Shown here: in pieces, positions 36,326-48,094 of the stretch
Position numbering within the stretch: the first letter of the stretch is position 1
Layout of the letters: each line of letters begins with the position of its first letter
NCBI RefSeq assembly: GCF_964213995.1
Contig: NW_027590191.1
Coordinates: forward strand, 1-64,000
DNA: 64,000 nt
DNA from: Mustelus asterias
Taxonomy: Eukaryota
Direction: 5' to 3'
Notes under the pieces: generated by a model
Database searches by the model: none
Told to the model about the DNA's origin: nothing
What the model saw: only the letters and a program-made list of their open reading frames with translations
Program-made: the position numbers and the translations under genes

Positions 36326-36736
36326 TCAAACTAACCAAGTGAGCCTGATTTGAGTTCCTTCTGTCTTTGCAGCGGCACCGGCACTGGTGTCTGTCATATT
36401 TATCGGGGCAATGACGGCTACCTTAGATTTTTGGTGATTATCTACACTGGGTCGATTCCACCACTTCTGTTCTCCCGTATCGGTATTTTGGAAGAACATT
36501 GGCAAGCCAGATACCTCCATATCTTTCCTTTGTTCGGCTTGCCGTACTAATCCTTTTCTCTCGGTCTCATCTTTCCTTTGCAGTCTTTCCTGTTCTGCTC
36601 TATCTCTTTTCTCTTTCTCATACCTCTCACATTCCCACTTCAACCTTTCCCAAGTCTTAGGGTTTTCCTCATTATCACATACATTGATTCCTCTTCTGCG
36701 TGTATTCTTCACCCTCTTAACTGTTTTGTTGCACAT
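36326..36736 (-). CDS. Orphan ORF directly downstream of pol (charged, helical; accessory or gag-like remnant)
   Basis: 136-aa ORF, KTWERLKWECERYEKEKRDRAEQERLQRK; no assignable motif. Confidence 0.35.
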   Translation of the reverse strand: MCNKTVKRVKNTRRRGINVCDNEENPKTWERLKWECERYEKEKRDRAEQERLQRKDETERKGLVRQAEQRKDMEVSGLPMFFQNTDTGEQKWWNRPSVDNHQKSKVAVIAPINMTDTSAGAAAKTEGTQIRLTWLV

Positions 36737-37338
36737 TACATGTTTTCCGATTGCGACCAGTGTATTCTTTCAACTGGGTCCAGTGTTTCCAGACACCCCT
36801 GCCTTGCATATCTATGCAGGCACAGATGTCTCCACTGATGATAACCTCATAGGGGCCTTTCCATTTGGGGGCGAATCCAGATTTTCCAGGTAATGTTTTT
36901 ACCATGACCTTGCTGCCCGCCGGGGGTATCTCCGGGGTCTGTTTAGTTCATTGTACTCATCTACCGCTATTTGTTTGTCCCGTACTGTTTGCTGTATATC
37001 TTTTAATTGGGAGCTTAATTCTAGTACATATCGTCTAATCTAGTCCCGTAATGGGCCTACAACTGCCCCTCCGGTAATGATGGACTGAGGCAGTTGCATA
37101 GCCCTTCCGGTCATTAGCTCATATGGTGTCAGTCCAGTGGTCCGATTTGTGGTGGCTCTGAGTTTCATTAATATGGCGGGTAATACTTCTGTCCATCTCT
37201 GTCCTGATTCCTGCATGGACTTTGCCAAGGAGGTCTTAAGTGTCCTATTCATACCTCCCACCCGCCCCGAGCTTTGAGGGTGGTAGCGTATGTGAAATTT
37301 CTGACTTATCCCCATCAATTTGGTCATCAGAATGGTCT

Positions 37339-37422
37339 AGTGGGCACATGAGCGGCGCAGGCTTGGAGGGCCGAAGGGCCTGTTCCTGTGCTGTATTGTT
37401 CTTTGTTCTTTGTTCCATTTAG
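37339..37422 (+). mobile_element. Short CR1 3'-end insertion within integrase
   Basis: GGCTTGGAGGGCCGAAGGGCCTG plus (TTCTTTG)n; flanked by GAATGGTCT at 37330-37338 and 37423-37431. Confidence 0.8.
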
Positions 37423-37500
37423 GAATGGTCTTTACAACCTTCCCCGTAAAGTGCGTGCCTTGTTCGGTGTCTATGTGCAAAAGCACCCCCATCTTGGGAT

Positions 37501-38599
37501 AAGACCATAAGACATAGGAGCGGAAGTAAGGCCATTCGGCCCATCGAGTCCACTCCACCATTCAATCATGGTTGATTTCAACTCCATTTACCCGCTCTCT
37601 CCCCATAGCCCTTAATTCCTCGAGAAATCAAGAATTTATCAATTTCTGTCTTGAAGACGCTCAACGTCTCGGCCTCCACAGCCCTCTGTGGCAATGAATT
37701 CCACAGACCTACCACCCTCTGGCTGAAGAAATTTCTCCTCATCTCTGTTCTAAAGTGACTCCCTTTTATTCTAAGGCTGTGCCCCCGCATCCTCGTCTCC
37801 CCTGCTAATGGAAACAACTTCCCTACGTCCATCCTATCTAAGCCGTTCATTATCTTGTAAGTTTCTATCAGATCTCCCCTCAACCTCCTAAACTCCAATG
37901 AATATAATCCCACGATCCTCAGACGTTCATCGTATGTCAGGCCTACCATTCCTGGGATCATCCGTGTGAATCTCCGCTGGACCCGCTCCAGTGCCAGTAT
38001 GTCCTTCCTGAGGTGTGGGGCCCACAATTGCTCACAGTACTCCAAATGGGGCCTAACCAGTGCTTTATAAAGCCTCAGAAGTACATCCCTGCTCTTGTAT
38101 TCCAAGCCTCTTGAGATAATTGACAATATTACATTTGCTTTCTTAATTACGGACACAACCTGCAAGTTTACCTTTAGAGAATCCTGGACTAGGACTCCCA
38201 AGTCCCTTTGCACGTTAGCATTATGAATTTTGTCACCGTTTAGAAAATAGTCCATGCCTCTATTCTTTTTTCCAAAGTGCAAGACCTCGCACTTGCCCAC
38301 GTTGAATTTCATCAGCCACTTCTTGGACCACTCTCCTAAACTGTCTAAATCTTTCTGCAGCCTCCCCACCTCCTCAATACTACCTGCCCCTCCACCTATC
38401 TTTGTATCATCGGCAAACTTGGCCAGAATGCCCCCAGTCCCGTCATCTAGATCGTGAATATATAAAGAGAACAGCTGTGGCCCCAACACTGAACCCTGCG
38501 GGACACCACTTGTCACCGGTTGCCATTCTGAGAAATAACCTTTTATCCCAACTCTCTGCCTTCTGTCTGACAGCCAATCGTCAATCCATGTTAGTACCT
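37501..38599 (-). mobile_element. Young CR1 LINE inserted in ERV integrase; near-identical to 1445-2598
   Basis: ORF 37578-38636 differs from ORF 1362-2456 at only about a dozen residues; splits integrase ARILAE/IPRWG. Confidence 0.95.
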
Positions 38600-41556
38600 T
38601 CTTCAGCGAGTATTCTGGCCATTGTAGTGGCAGCAAAATTTTTCATTGGGAATGCTTCTACCCACCTGGTAAATTAGTCAATTATTACCAAGCAGTAGGT
38701 TCTCCCGTGTGACTGCGGAAGAGGTCGTGTAAAGTCAATTTGCAGGTGTTCCCAGGTTCCCTTAGGGCGAGGTTGGTGCCACCTCTTGATTTGCACGGGT
38801 CTTCCGGGGTTGTGCTGTGGACAGGTTATGCACCGGTGACAATATCGGGCAATGTCCCGTCCCATTCCTTTCCATCACCATTCCTTCCCCACACTGGTCA
38901 TCATGGCATTACTTCCCACATGTGACAGCCCATGATGTAACCGCATCAGAGTATGCTGGATACATTCTGGGGCTAGGACTTTATCATTTAATCTCCATAT
39001 CTCCCCCCCCCCCCCCCCCCCCACCATCCCCATCATGTGTAGCTCCTTGAGCTTTCCACCTCACACGTTCTTCTTCAGGGGTATCAGCATGTAGCTGTGC
39101 GATGTCTATCGGGGTTTCGATTTTAGTCAAGGCGGCCGGCAAGGCCTGCACTTCCCTTGTTCCCAAGGCAGATCGTACCGCTTAGTCGGCTGCCGGGTTT
39201 CCCTTAAAGATTTACCACTCAGGACTTTGCTTGTCCGGTTCCTTGTGGTCTGCTTTTACCTTCAATACTGCGGCTTCCGATGGGAGCTCGCTGACTCCCA
39301 ATAAGGTTGTTATTATCTGGCCATGTTTAATTGGAGTGCCCCCGTTGTGATAAATCCCCTTCTCCCCCAAACTGTCATATAGCCGTGTATAATTCCAAAT
39401 GCATATCTACTATCGGTGTGAATGTTGACCCTTTTCCCCGCAGCCTCTGTAAAAGCCTGAGTCAAGGCTACAAGTTCCGTGACTTGCGCTGACATGCCTC
39501 CCTCTATCCTTCCTGCTTGAACAGTTTGTAGGTCCGCATTCACTACCGCCCATCCTGTTCGTGGTGACCCATCTACATATTTCCGTGATCCATCGACAAA
39601 TAGGACGTTGTCTGGTGCCTCCAGGGGCACGTCTTTTATTCTACCTTCCTCTACCTCTTCAGCTCCGTCCCCACACATGTGTGCGTTCCCTTCACCTAAC
39701 ATTCCTTCTGCGGGGTTCGTTCTCATGTCTCGTACAATGGTGATGGCCTTAGTGGGTGGGAGAAGCACTGCCTCCCCCTTTGCCCTTCTCATATTCGAGA
39801 CAGACCGCAATTTTCCTGTGTTCAGCATTTCTACCAAAGTATGTTTGGTGTGCAAGACAATAATCCCCGTCATGACGATGGGCTCGCTAACCTTTACTGC
39901 CCATGCCGCGCAATCTAGTGCGGCTATATATCTGGGTAACCCGGTTACTACGGAGCCCTCCACTGTGGAATACTGACCCATTGGCCGCTGTTTGTCCCCA
40001 TGGACCTGTGTGACTACTGCCGAAACCCCCCCCCCCCTCGTTATTACAATAGATGTGAAAATCTTTATTAGCGTTGGGCAGTCCAAGTCCCGGAGCTGTC
40101 ATTAGTTCTTCTTTTAGTTTACTATATGCCTCTTCCTGTTCTGATCACCACTTTATAACTTCTAGAGCGGGTTTCCACCCTTTTACTAGCCTTTGTATTG
40201 GTTCGGCTAGCCTGGCGAATTCTGGTATAAAGTTGTGACTGTAATTAAACAGTCCCAAAACCGTCCTTACCCCTCGGACGGTTACTGGTCTTGGCATTTG
40301 CTGAATGGCTGTTTTCCTGTCCAATGGCATTGTTTGCTCCCCTGGGATATCAGGTGTCCCAAATATAACACCGGCGCTTTCCCTATTTGGGCCTTCCTGG
40401 GGCTCGCTTTTAGTCCCTGTTCTTCTAAGTGTTTCAAGACTCAGTATAGCACTGTCTGATGTTCTGCTCTAATTTCGGAGGCTATTAAGATATCATCTCC
40501 ATACTGCAAAACTGTGCTCCCTTTTGGGACTTCTCCTTGTTCTAATATATTACTCATTACCCGGTTAAATATAGCCAGGCTGTTGTGGAAGCCTAGCGGG
40601 AGCCTATTCCATGTGTACTGTTTATCGCCCACGGTAAATGCAAATGTTTCTTGCGAATTAGGATCCAGGGGAATGGACCAAAACCCGTTGGCCATATCCA
40701 ATACCGTGAAGATTCCATGGGATGGTGACTACCCGTTTAAAATGGTGAAGGGGCGAGCCACGATGGGGTTTAGCTTGGGGGTCAGTTTATTTAAAGCTGT
40801 ATAATCAATGGTTAATCTATAGCTCCTGTCCAGTTTAGGCACCGGCCAAGTTGGGGAGCTGGTGGTACTAGTGGTATCCCGCAGGATCCCTCTCTTTACC
40901 AGTCCCGTCGCAATTTCCTCGACTGCCTTTTTGGCCTAGGGCTTAATCGGGTATTGTCGATGTGGTTTATGTTCTGGCCCGACCACTATTATAGGGTCAG
41001 TTTTGACTAATCCAGTATCTAGTTTCGATTCCGCCCACACACCGGGGATGGAGGTGCAGATGGCGCCAAATCCAATACCTTCTAACTGCCAGTCGCGTCC
41101 TGTTGCAGATGATGCATGGATGGTTCCTAAATGGTTTGCATATATTCCTACCCTGTCTTTTTTCCCATCGGCACGGGGCCAAATCAATTCATCTTTCCCG
41201 CAATCTATTAAGACATTGTATTCCTTCATTAGGTCATTTCCCATAATAGTTCCTTCATTAAATCAACATACATAAAATCGCATAGGTATATACAGGTTAT
41301 TAATTTCTACTAGAGTGGTTCCACTTAAGTAGGCAGGGGTCTTCTGTCCGTTAAAACCCCTTATATAGATCATTTTATTCGTGGTGGGCAAAGGTAGATC
41401 AGTGATAGATATGGAGGCTCCCGTGTCCACCAGCATTTCACATTGCCTGCCCCTTACTACTGCAGACAGGTAGATTCTACCCTCTTTTCTGCCCAGGCTT
41501 GCGCGGGCTGCCTCCCGTCAATACCCTCCCTCCTCAGTGAGGGGAAGGCGAAGCAG

Positions 41557-42900
41557 TTAACTCGGTCTGCTGTGCTTGCTCCAACAGGTGGCCTCAGTGT
41601 GGCCAACCTTATTGCAAAACAGGCAGGTCGGGCCTTTTCTACTGCCCCCCTTTGGAGCTCTACAGCCTCTGGCAAAGTCACCCGGTTTCCCACAATTATA
41701 GCACACACACTTGGGTTTAGCTTCTCCACTGTTTGCACTAATTGTTTCCTGTTTTATTCGTGGGTATGGTTTCTCATCTGGTCCGTCTCTAATTCCAGAT
41801 GCCCATTCTACTAATTCATCATAGTTCTGGGTATTGAGCACTCCCATGTTAAGGATTCTTTGGTGAGCTGGCGACAGCCCGTCTTTGAATGCTTGGAAAA
41901 AGGCTCTATCTGTTCGGGCAGTTTCGGGTATTCCCGAACATTCTTGGTATACTCTTAAGAGTTGCTCCCCAAATTCGGAGGCTCCTTCACCCCTTTGTTG
42001 TTTAATATTGGTAATTCTGGACCAATTGGTTGGCGCATTACCCAAGACTCATTGGACTTCCGCCTTAAACTGAGTAAATGGCTCAATCATTGCCTCGATC
42101 TCTGCGGTTGTCTCTGTCGCGAATGTCGACCTCCCGCTTCGGTAATCGAACCAAGCTTGGTCGGCGACATTAGCCGGGTCCGCTCCATCACCCATTAGTC
42201 TCTACTTATCCCGCGGGCAAGCAGCCCGTACCAACTGGTGTATATCCCGAAAATGTAACTGGTGTCCAACCCAAATGGTGTCCAGTTCTGCCCCAAATTT
42301 GCTATTGTTACTCCGGGGCTGGAGCCTTCCCAGGGATGCCAAAATCTGTTGTCTTTCACCTGGGGTAAAGGGTTTATATCGGGCAGTGGGATGCTGTAAA
42401 GTCCCGGCCCGAGTTATGGGCGCGAGATCATGGATCTCTTCCTCATCGGGGTCTCCCACTGGTGCCATGGGTTGTACGGCCGGCCCATAGGGAGGCAAGA
42501 ATCCTCTGACAGGGTCCTCTAAAAGTTGGTTTCGCTTTTCTAATTTGCTATTGCGTGTTTCCAACAGTTCATTTTTTGCTTTGGTCGTCAGCCCATTTCT
42601 TACCCGAGACTGAGACCTGTTCAATTAATCCGGCCAATTGGTGAACTAAGAGAACTCCAATTTTCTTAGTTCTGTCATTCTTTTATTTTCCCAACCATTT
42701 TCGTTGTTGGTCTAGTGGGTGGTCTAAATTCCGCCCCCCTTTGTTCAGCTGTTTAATGAGTTTGTCCCTCTTAGCCATATATTCATGTATCAGGGACCCC
42801 GGGCCCCACTGTCGTTGTCCCGCCACATCATTGATAAGGTTATACTCACCACCCTGGAGTCTTCTATTCTCCTTTCTCGCTCCCCCCCTCCAAGGTTTCA
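41557..42900 (-). pseudogene. gag: ERV gag, disrupted
   Basis: MHR-like IKQQRGE, two Zn knuckles CYNCGKPGDFARGC and CLFCNKVGHTEATC, PPY-containing region. Confidence 0.88.
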
Positions 42901-43317
42901 CTTAGCCGAGTTCGGTGATACCTGTCAGGGGTGATCAGATGCCTCCATACCACCACTTACACAATATTTTTATTAAGCTGGCTTTCACATGAAGGCTTGT
43001 CCTTCAACTCCGGCGATCACTCAGACAGTCTCTATCTATCACTCACGTCTGAACATCACACCTCAGGCACCCCTGACACCCACTTCAAGTTCCTAACATC
43101 AGCGTGGGAAATTTCTCCTCTTAACAGTCAGTTTAAGGCAGGGTACCAGAGTCAATTGCCTCCTTGACCGTACATGCTCAGTTCAGACGTCTTTCATCAA
43201 TTCAGACACTCTTTCATCACAGATGATCACCCACTATAGTTTGACCCACTTCATCAAGTTCAGTAATCTATTCCTGTGCCCCGGTCGTGGCCATTCGACC
43301 GGACCCGCAATCAGATT

Positions 43318-43335
43318 TCCCGGGTTTCGGCACCA
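43318..43335 (-). promoter_or_regulatory. Primer binding site, tRNA-Phe
   Basis: Minus strand TGGTGCCGAAACCCGGGA, 2 nt after the 5' LTR, complementary to the tRNA-Phe(GAA) 3' end TCCCGGGTTTCGGCACCA. Confidence 0.92.
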
Positions 43336-43337
43336 TT

Positions 43338-44036
43338 TGTTGTAGGTAAAAATACCTCTGAGTCTATTGGTCTGTCAAAATACAGTGGTTTATTTGCAAA
43401 ATTGTGGGAGACCGTCCGATGCCTAAAATGGCCTCTGACCTCTCAGCAAATACAGGTTAAAAACATATATTTATACCCCCCCTGTCACATTCAGTTTCCC
43501 AGGCCTCACAGGTTCCCAGGCTGTGGCTTGTCTTCCACCGTGTGAATCTTGCTGCCTTGGCGGTTTCTTCATGGTTGTCTCAAGGCCATATGACTGCTGT
43601 TCTCTGAACACAGGTGGGGTATCTTACTAATGTACAAGGTTACAGTCTCCCACAAACAACTTAACTGGCATACAACAATTTATATATGTTCGTAGGTACT
43701 TGTATAATGTATATCGGTACAGGTTATGATGAATATATATATGAATGTATCATTATACAATCACAGAAGGCCTACATGCAGGCTTCGACTGTTACACAGC
43801 GGTACATATTAAAGAATATAAAATGCTGGGTTAGCCACATTCTGCAACAGATGAGCCGGGAACAACATACTCTTGTATTCCACAGCTGCTACTCTTATCT
43901 GTTCTTGGATACATGGGCATGAAAACACACTAGCGTAAACATGAGTTCTACAGTGTTTCTCACACAACCTCTAAATATCACAGACTTCACTTTGAAACTT
44001 TGAGTATTAGAATTCATTAACCCAATCCCGTCTTCA
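43338..44036 (-). repeat. ERV 5' LTR
   Basis: Direct repeat of 31521-32205, adjacent to the PBS. Confidence 0.93.
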
Positions 44037-44049
44037 CCATCCATTTTGA

Positions 44050-44740
44050 ATCAGCATCGACCATTATCAGGAACATAGACACCATGAACAGTCCGGCACT
44101 GTCCCTGTGCAGCCACCTCTATGGCCGTCCTGGCCATTCCCAAGTGCGAAGAGTAGTGACTGGTGATAGTTCTGCCCTTGTTGATATTGCCAACACTGAC
44201 CCACAGGTAAATATCTGTATCCGTACCTGGCCACCAGACATGGCAATGTGGAGAATATTCAGTTTGCCACTCCTGGGTGGCCATAGTGAAGTTCAGCCAG
44301 GATGGGATGGTGAACCTGGCTCAGATGACACTCTTGAAACCCATAGGAGTATGCCATCTTCCACAGTCAGCTGCTCTCTGCCACTCCAATATAGGTTCAA
44401 TTCAGGCTGTAACGGCCTTTTGGTTTCCCCCATCAGCACTAGCTGCTTCAATTCATTCAGGAATGGGTAATTTTGCCTCCACAGCAGAATATTATTGGCT
44501 GCCACTGGGAAAGTTTCAAAAAAGTTCATGATTACCGTCTCTTCCATTGGGGGTACGACAATTGTCTGTTAATCGTAGCCAACTCAAGGCATCTGCCTTA
44601 GCGACTCGGCCTCCTGGAAGCTGTTCCAACCGATAATGGTAGGTGGACAGTAATAAAGCCCACAGCTGGATGTGGGTCGATGTTATGGGCTGCCCCACCA
44701 TGCAGGTACTTCCGGAATTTGTTTGCCCAAACTATCAATA
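44050..44740 (-). mobile_element. Ty3/Gypsy pol fragment (RNase H to integrase Zn finger)
   Basis: WALLLSTY, ADALS, LTVEDGILLW and HVWWPG.D.DI motifs. Confidence 0.75.
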
Positions 44741-44746
44741 TAGACG

Positions 44747-45050
44747 AGGTGTCACAGTGGTTAGCACTGCTGCCACCTAACGCCAGAGACCTGGGTTCAA
44801 TTCCTGGCTTGGGTCGTTGTATGTGCGGAGTCTGCACATTCTCTCCGTATCTGCATGAGTTTCCTCTGGTTGCTCTGGTTTCCTCCCACAGTCTGAAAGA
44901 CGTGCTCATTACGTGCATTGGCCATGTTAAATTCTCCCTCAGTGTACCCGAACAGGCACCAGTGTGTGGCGACGAGCCGATTTTCGCAGTAACTTCATTG
45001 CAGTGTTGATGTAAGCCTACATTTGATACTTTATGAATGTTAAACTTCCT
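44747..45050 (+). mobile_element. tRNA-derived shark SINE
   Basis: CACAGTGGTTAGCACTGCTGCC...GGTTCAATTCCTGG; tail CAGTAACTTCATTGCAGTGTT. Confidence 0.85.
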
Positions 45051-45239
45051 CTGAGTATGAATTGTTGAATATTGCTGGGAATCCTCATCTCGCTGTTCGT
45101 GTAAGTGCACGTGAATAAGTTCATAACTGGAAAAAAACAAACCTACAGCCAACTTTGAGGTTAAGTCCTCGATCAGAGGGATTGGGTGTTTATCCAGCTG
45201 TGAGAAACAAGTTCCCAGTACAAAATATTTTTATTCACT

Positions 45240-45550
45240 CTTGGGACTGGGGTGTCGCTGGCCAGCCAGCATTTATTCCCCACCCCTAGTTGCCCATGTT
45301 CAGAGGACAATTAAGTGTCAACCACTTGGAGTCACATTTAGTCCTGACCACATTAGTACGACAGATTTCCTTCCCTGGGACACTCGTGAACCAGATGTGT
45401 TTTTCGGAAAGGCGACAATGCTTTTATGGTCACCAGCTGATTCTGAATCCCAAATATATTTATTCAAATTCCACCATCTGCCGTGACGGGATTCGAACCC
45501 GGGTGCCCAGAACATTAGCTGAGTTTCTGTATTAATAGTCTAGTGATAAA
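45240..45550 (-). mobile_element. Shark SINE-like repeat (family B)
   Basis: Same family as 935-1235. Confidence 0.7.
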
Positions 45551-45727
45551 ACCACCAGTCCATCACATCCACGCCCTGATTGTACACACCCTGAGTTCGG
45601 GAAATCTAGACGCACCATATTATATACGTCTACAGGGCTCCCCGATTGGACAGCATTAACTGCCTCAATCAGGGAACTCATATTCCAATAACTCCCCCTG
45701 ATGGTTATCGTTAAAGTCATTAAGAGT

Positions 45728-46402
45728 TCTCTCTCTGTCTCTTTCTTTCTTTCTGTTCATCCCTCTCTCTATCTCTCTCTCTCTCTATGTCTCTCTCTCT
45801 GCCTATTTCTCTGTTTCTCTTACTGTCTCTCTGCATCTCCCTCATTCACCTTCCCTCTCACTCTTCCTCTTTGTCTCCTCCCCCTCTCAGTCTCACTCTC
45901 CTTCTCCCTCTCCTTCTCTGTCCCCCTTTTCTTATTTCTCTGCTTTCCTCTCTCTCTACATCGCTCTGTCTTTTGCTCTTGCTGTGTCCATTGTAATCAT
46001 TCAGTCTCACTGTTTCAAATTCGCTGGTGCTCTCTGTCTCTGTATCTGTTTCTCTCTGCCTCCCTTTCTGTCTCCCTTTCCGTCTTAGTCTCGCTCTCTC
46101 ATTGCATCCTCCCATCTATCTCGCTCTGTCTCCCTTTCTCATTCCCTGTCCATCTGCCTCACCATTTCCCCCAGTCTCTATCCCTGTCACTCTCGCTCTG
46201 TGAGAGTCCCTATCTGTCACTGTCCTTTCTCTCTGTCTCTCCCTCGGTCTCTCTGTTTCTTTCCCTCTGTTAGAAACTCTTTCAAAATCTGTCAGGCTGC
46301 AAGTCTTTGTGCCCTTCGCTCTCTGTCAATCTCTGTCTCTCTATCACTCTCACTGTTGCTCTCACTGCCCTCTCTCTCTTTATCTGTCACTCTTTCTGTC
46401 TC
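45728..46402. repeat. CT-rich low-complexity / microsatellite tract
   Basis: Directly visible. Confidence 0.9.
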
Positions 46403-47378
46403 TGTGAGGCTGTTTGTTGTTGATACTTTGAATGTCCAATAGGAAGAGTCAGGGGTCTTGTGGTTGTAGTTTCCTCCCAGGGTGTATTGAGTTGAAGAAT
46501 TGCAGTAAGAGGATATTTCAGTATATTTTTTAGCTGCTGCCTGAAGTGAGTCTGTGTGACAACATAAATTATAGTATTTGTGCAGCAACTTGTGAGTTGC
46601 AGCATGAAGCCCAATTCCATAACAAAATAATCTAACCATATCGACGACTTACCCAAATAGAACATCCGACTCCATATTGAATAAACCATTAATGTCGACC
46701 ATAAAAGGATGAAATTGGCTGAGATAACAAACAGTAAAATGATGGATTTCCTTCGACTCTCCATCTCAGGGTCGCTGGGATTTTCCCCACTGCTGTGAGT
46801 CCGGAGTCTCCTGCGGGCTCTGCTGCTCATTAAAATGTGTCTGATGGTGAAAGCATTGAGCAGCAGAATCAGGACGAATGGGACAGTCGGGGTTAGAATG
46901 TGGTGGAGGAACTCGATTGTTACCCAGACCACAGATTCCATAATAACCCCTCTGCCATCACAAAACCAGGGTGCGTTCGCCAGCCGATATCCATTTAATA
47001 ACATAAAATACCAGAAAATGTTATTTAAAGAGCTCAGCGCCGTCACTGTTCCCAGAACCACAGCCGCCGATTTCTCGCTGCAATATTTACTTTTCAGCTT
47101 GGGGCAGCAAATGGCCACAAATCGATCAAAGGTGAAAGTGACGGTGAACCAGACAGAACAGTCAGTGGCTGCATAAAGCAGGACGGCGTGGATGTTACAC
47201 ACGGGGACCGATGGCAGGAAATAAAACTGTTCCCAATAAACAATAGGAATGTGTCTCAATATCAGGTCGAGGATAACGACCAGCAGATCCCCCGCTGACA
47301 TGGCCACCAGGTAACGAGTGACACATTTGGACAGGCCACAGTTTCTGCTCGTCAGTGTCACTATTGTGATAATGTTCA
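46387..47378 (-). CDS. Rhodopsin-class GPCR, GPR139/GPR142-like, large coding exon (TM1 end to C-terminus); first exon not located
   Basis: Open frame with YLVAM..DLL, SVWFTVTFTFDRFVAIC and SCCTNT.IY; acceptor TTTCCTTCCTGACAG at 47379 precedes VNIITI. Confidence 0.88.
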
Positions 47379-47519
47379 CTGTCAGGAAGGAAATAAAGAA
47401 TAAAATTAGTAATGATTCAGGGGGAAAAATTGCCATTTAGACTGAGGACGGGTTAAAATAATAGAAACATGTAGACACACACAGAAGAATTCAATCTATT
47501 TTGTTAAAAATCCAGCACG

Positions 47520-47680
47520 TCCTTTGCAGTGCGAGAGGAAAGAGGAGCATCCGGAGGAAACCCACGCAGACACGGGGAGAAGGTCCAAACTCCACAGAAA
47601 CTGTGGCCCAAGCCTCGAATTAAACCGAGGTCCCTGATGCTGAGAGTCAGCAGTGCTGACCACTATGTCACCATGCCGCT
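47520..47680 (-). mobile_element. HE1-like SINE 5' part
   Basis: CCGGAGGAAACCCACGCAGACACGGGGAGA. Confidence 0.8.
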
Positions 47681-48094
47681 CCATGACAGCGACACAATGG
47701 TATACACTTGAGTGAGAGTTTTCCGGGGAGCACACAACATTGACCCTCACTCAGCTACATGTAAATAGCCCATCTACCTTGTGGGGGATTTGTAGTGTAA
47801 GAAGACTGTGGAAGTAAACCCTGTCAGAAGTCCCAGAATGGAGTCCTGTAGGTGGTAATCTGTCGTCCTTCAGACAGCTTACTGACAGCCCCTGCAGCAG
47901 AGCACTTAACACAAGTACCAGGGTTGGCTTTCAACAGTGGGAGAAAGCTTCAGCGTTCCGTGAATAGTGCCGTCCATAGTGCCCAGTGCGTTGGCTGCTC
48001 TCCCACTATGGCCTACAGGACCACTGAAGCTTAGTGAGTCCTCTCTCAGTAGGAAAGTTGTTAATCTATGCACGAGGTATGAAAAACTCAAACC

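Larger units (their letters stand above)
36717..41450 (-). pseudogene. pol: ERV pro-pol (protease, RT, RNase H, integrase), disrupted by stops, frameshifts and insertions
   Basis: LVDTGA (about 41415-41435), QYPIK, DMANGFW, LQYGDD, FVDGS, TDSRYAF, HLQIDF, QGTHF, YHPQSSG, GPY. Confidence 0.93.
31521..44036 (-). mobile_element. Endogenous retrovirus, LTR-gag-pro-pol-(extra)-env-LTR, defective
   Basis: Paired LTRs with TG..CA ends, PBS, PPT, two Zn knuckles, DTGA protease, RT, RNase H, integrase and env motifs. Confidence 0.95.

Noticed and set aside
45701-46273. 190-aa Leu/Ser-rich ORF
   Set aside because: Translation of a CT microsatellite tract
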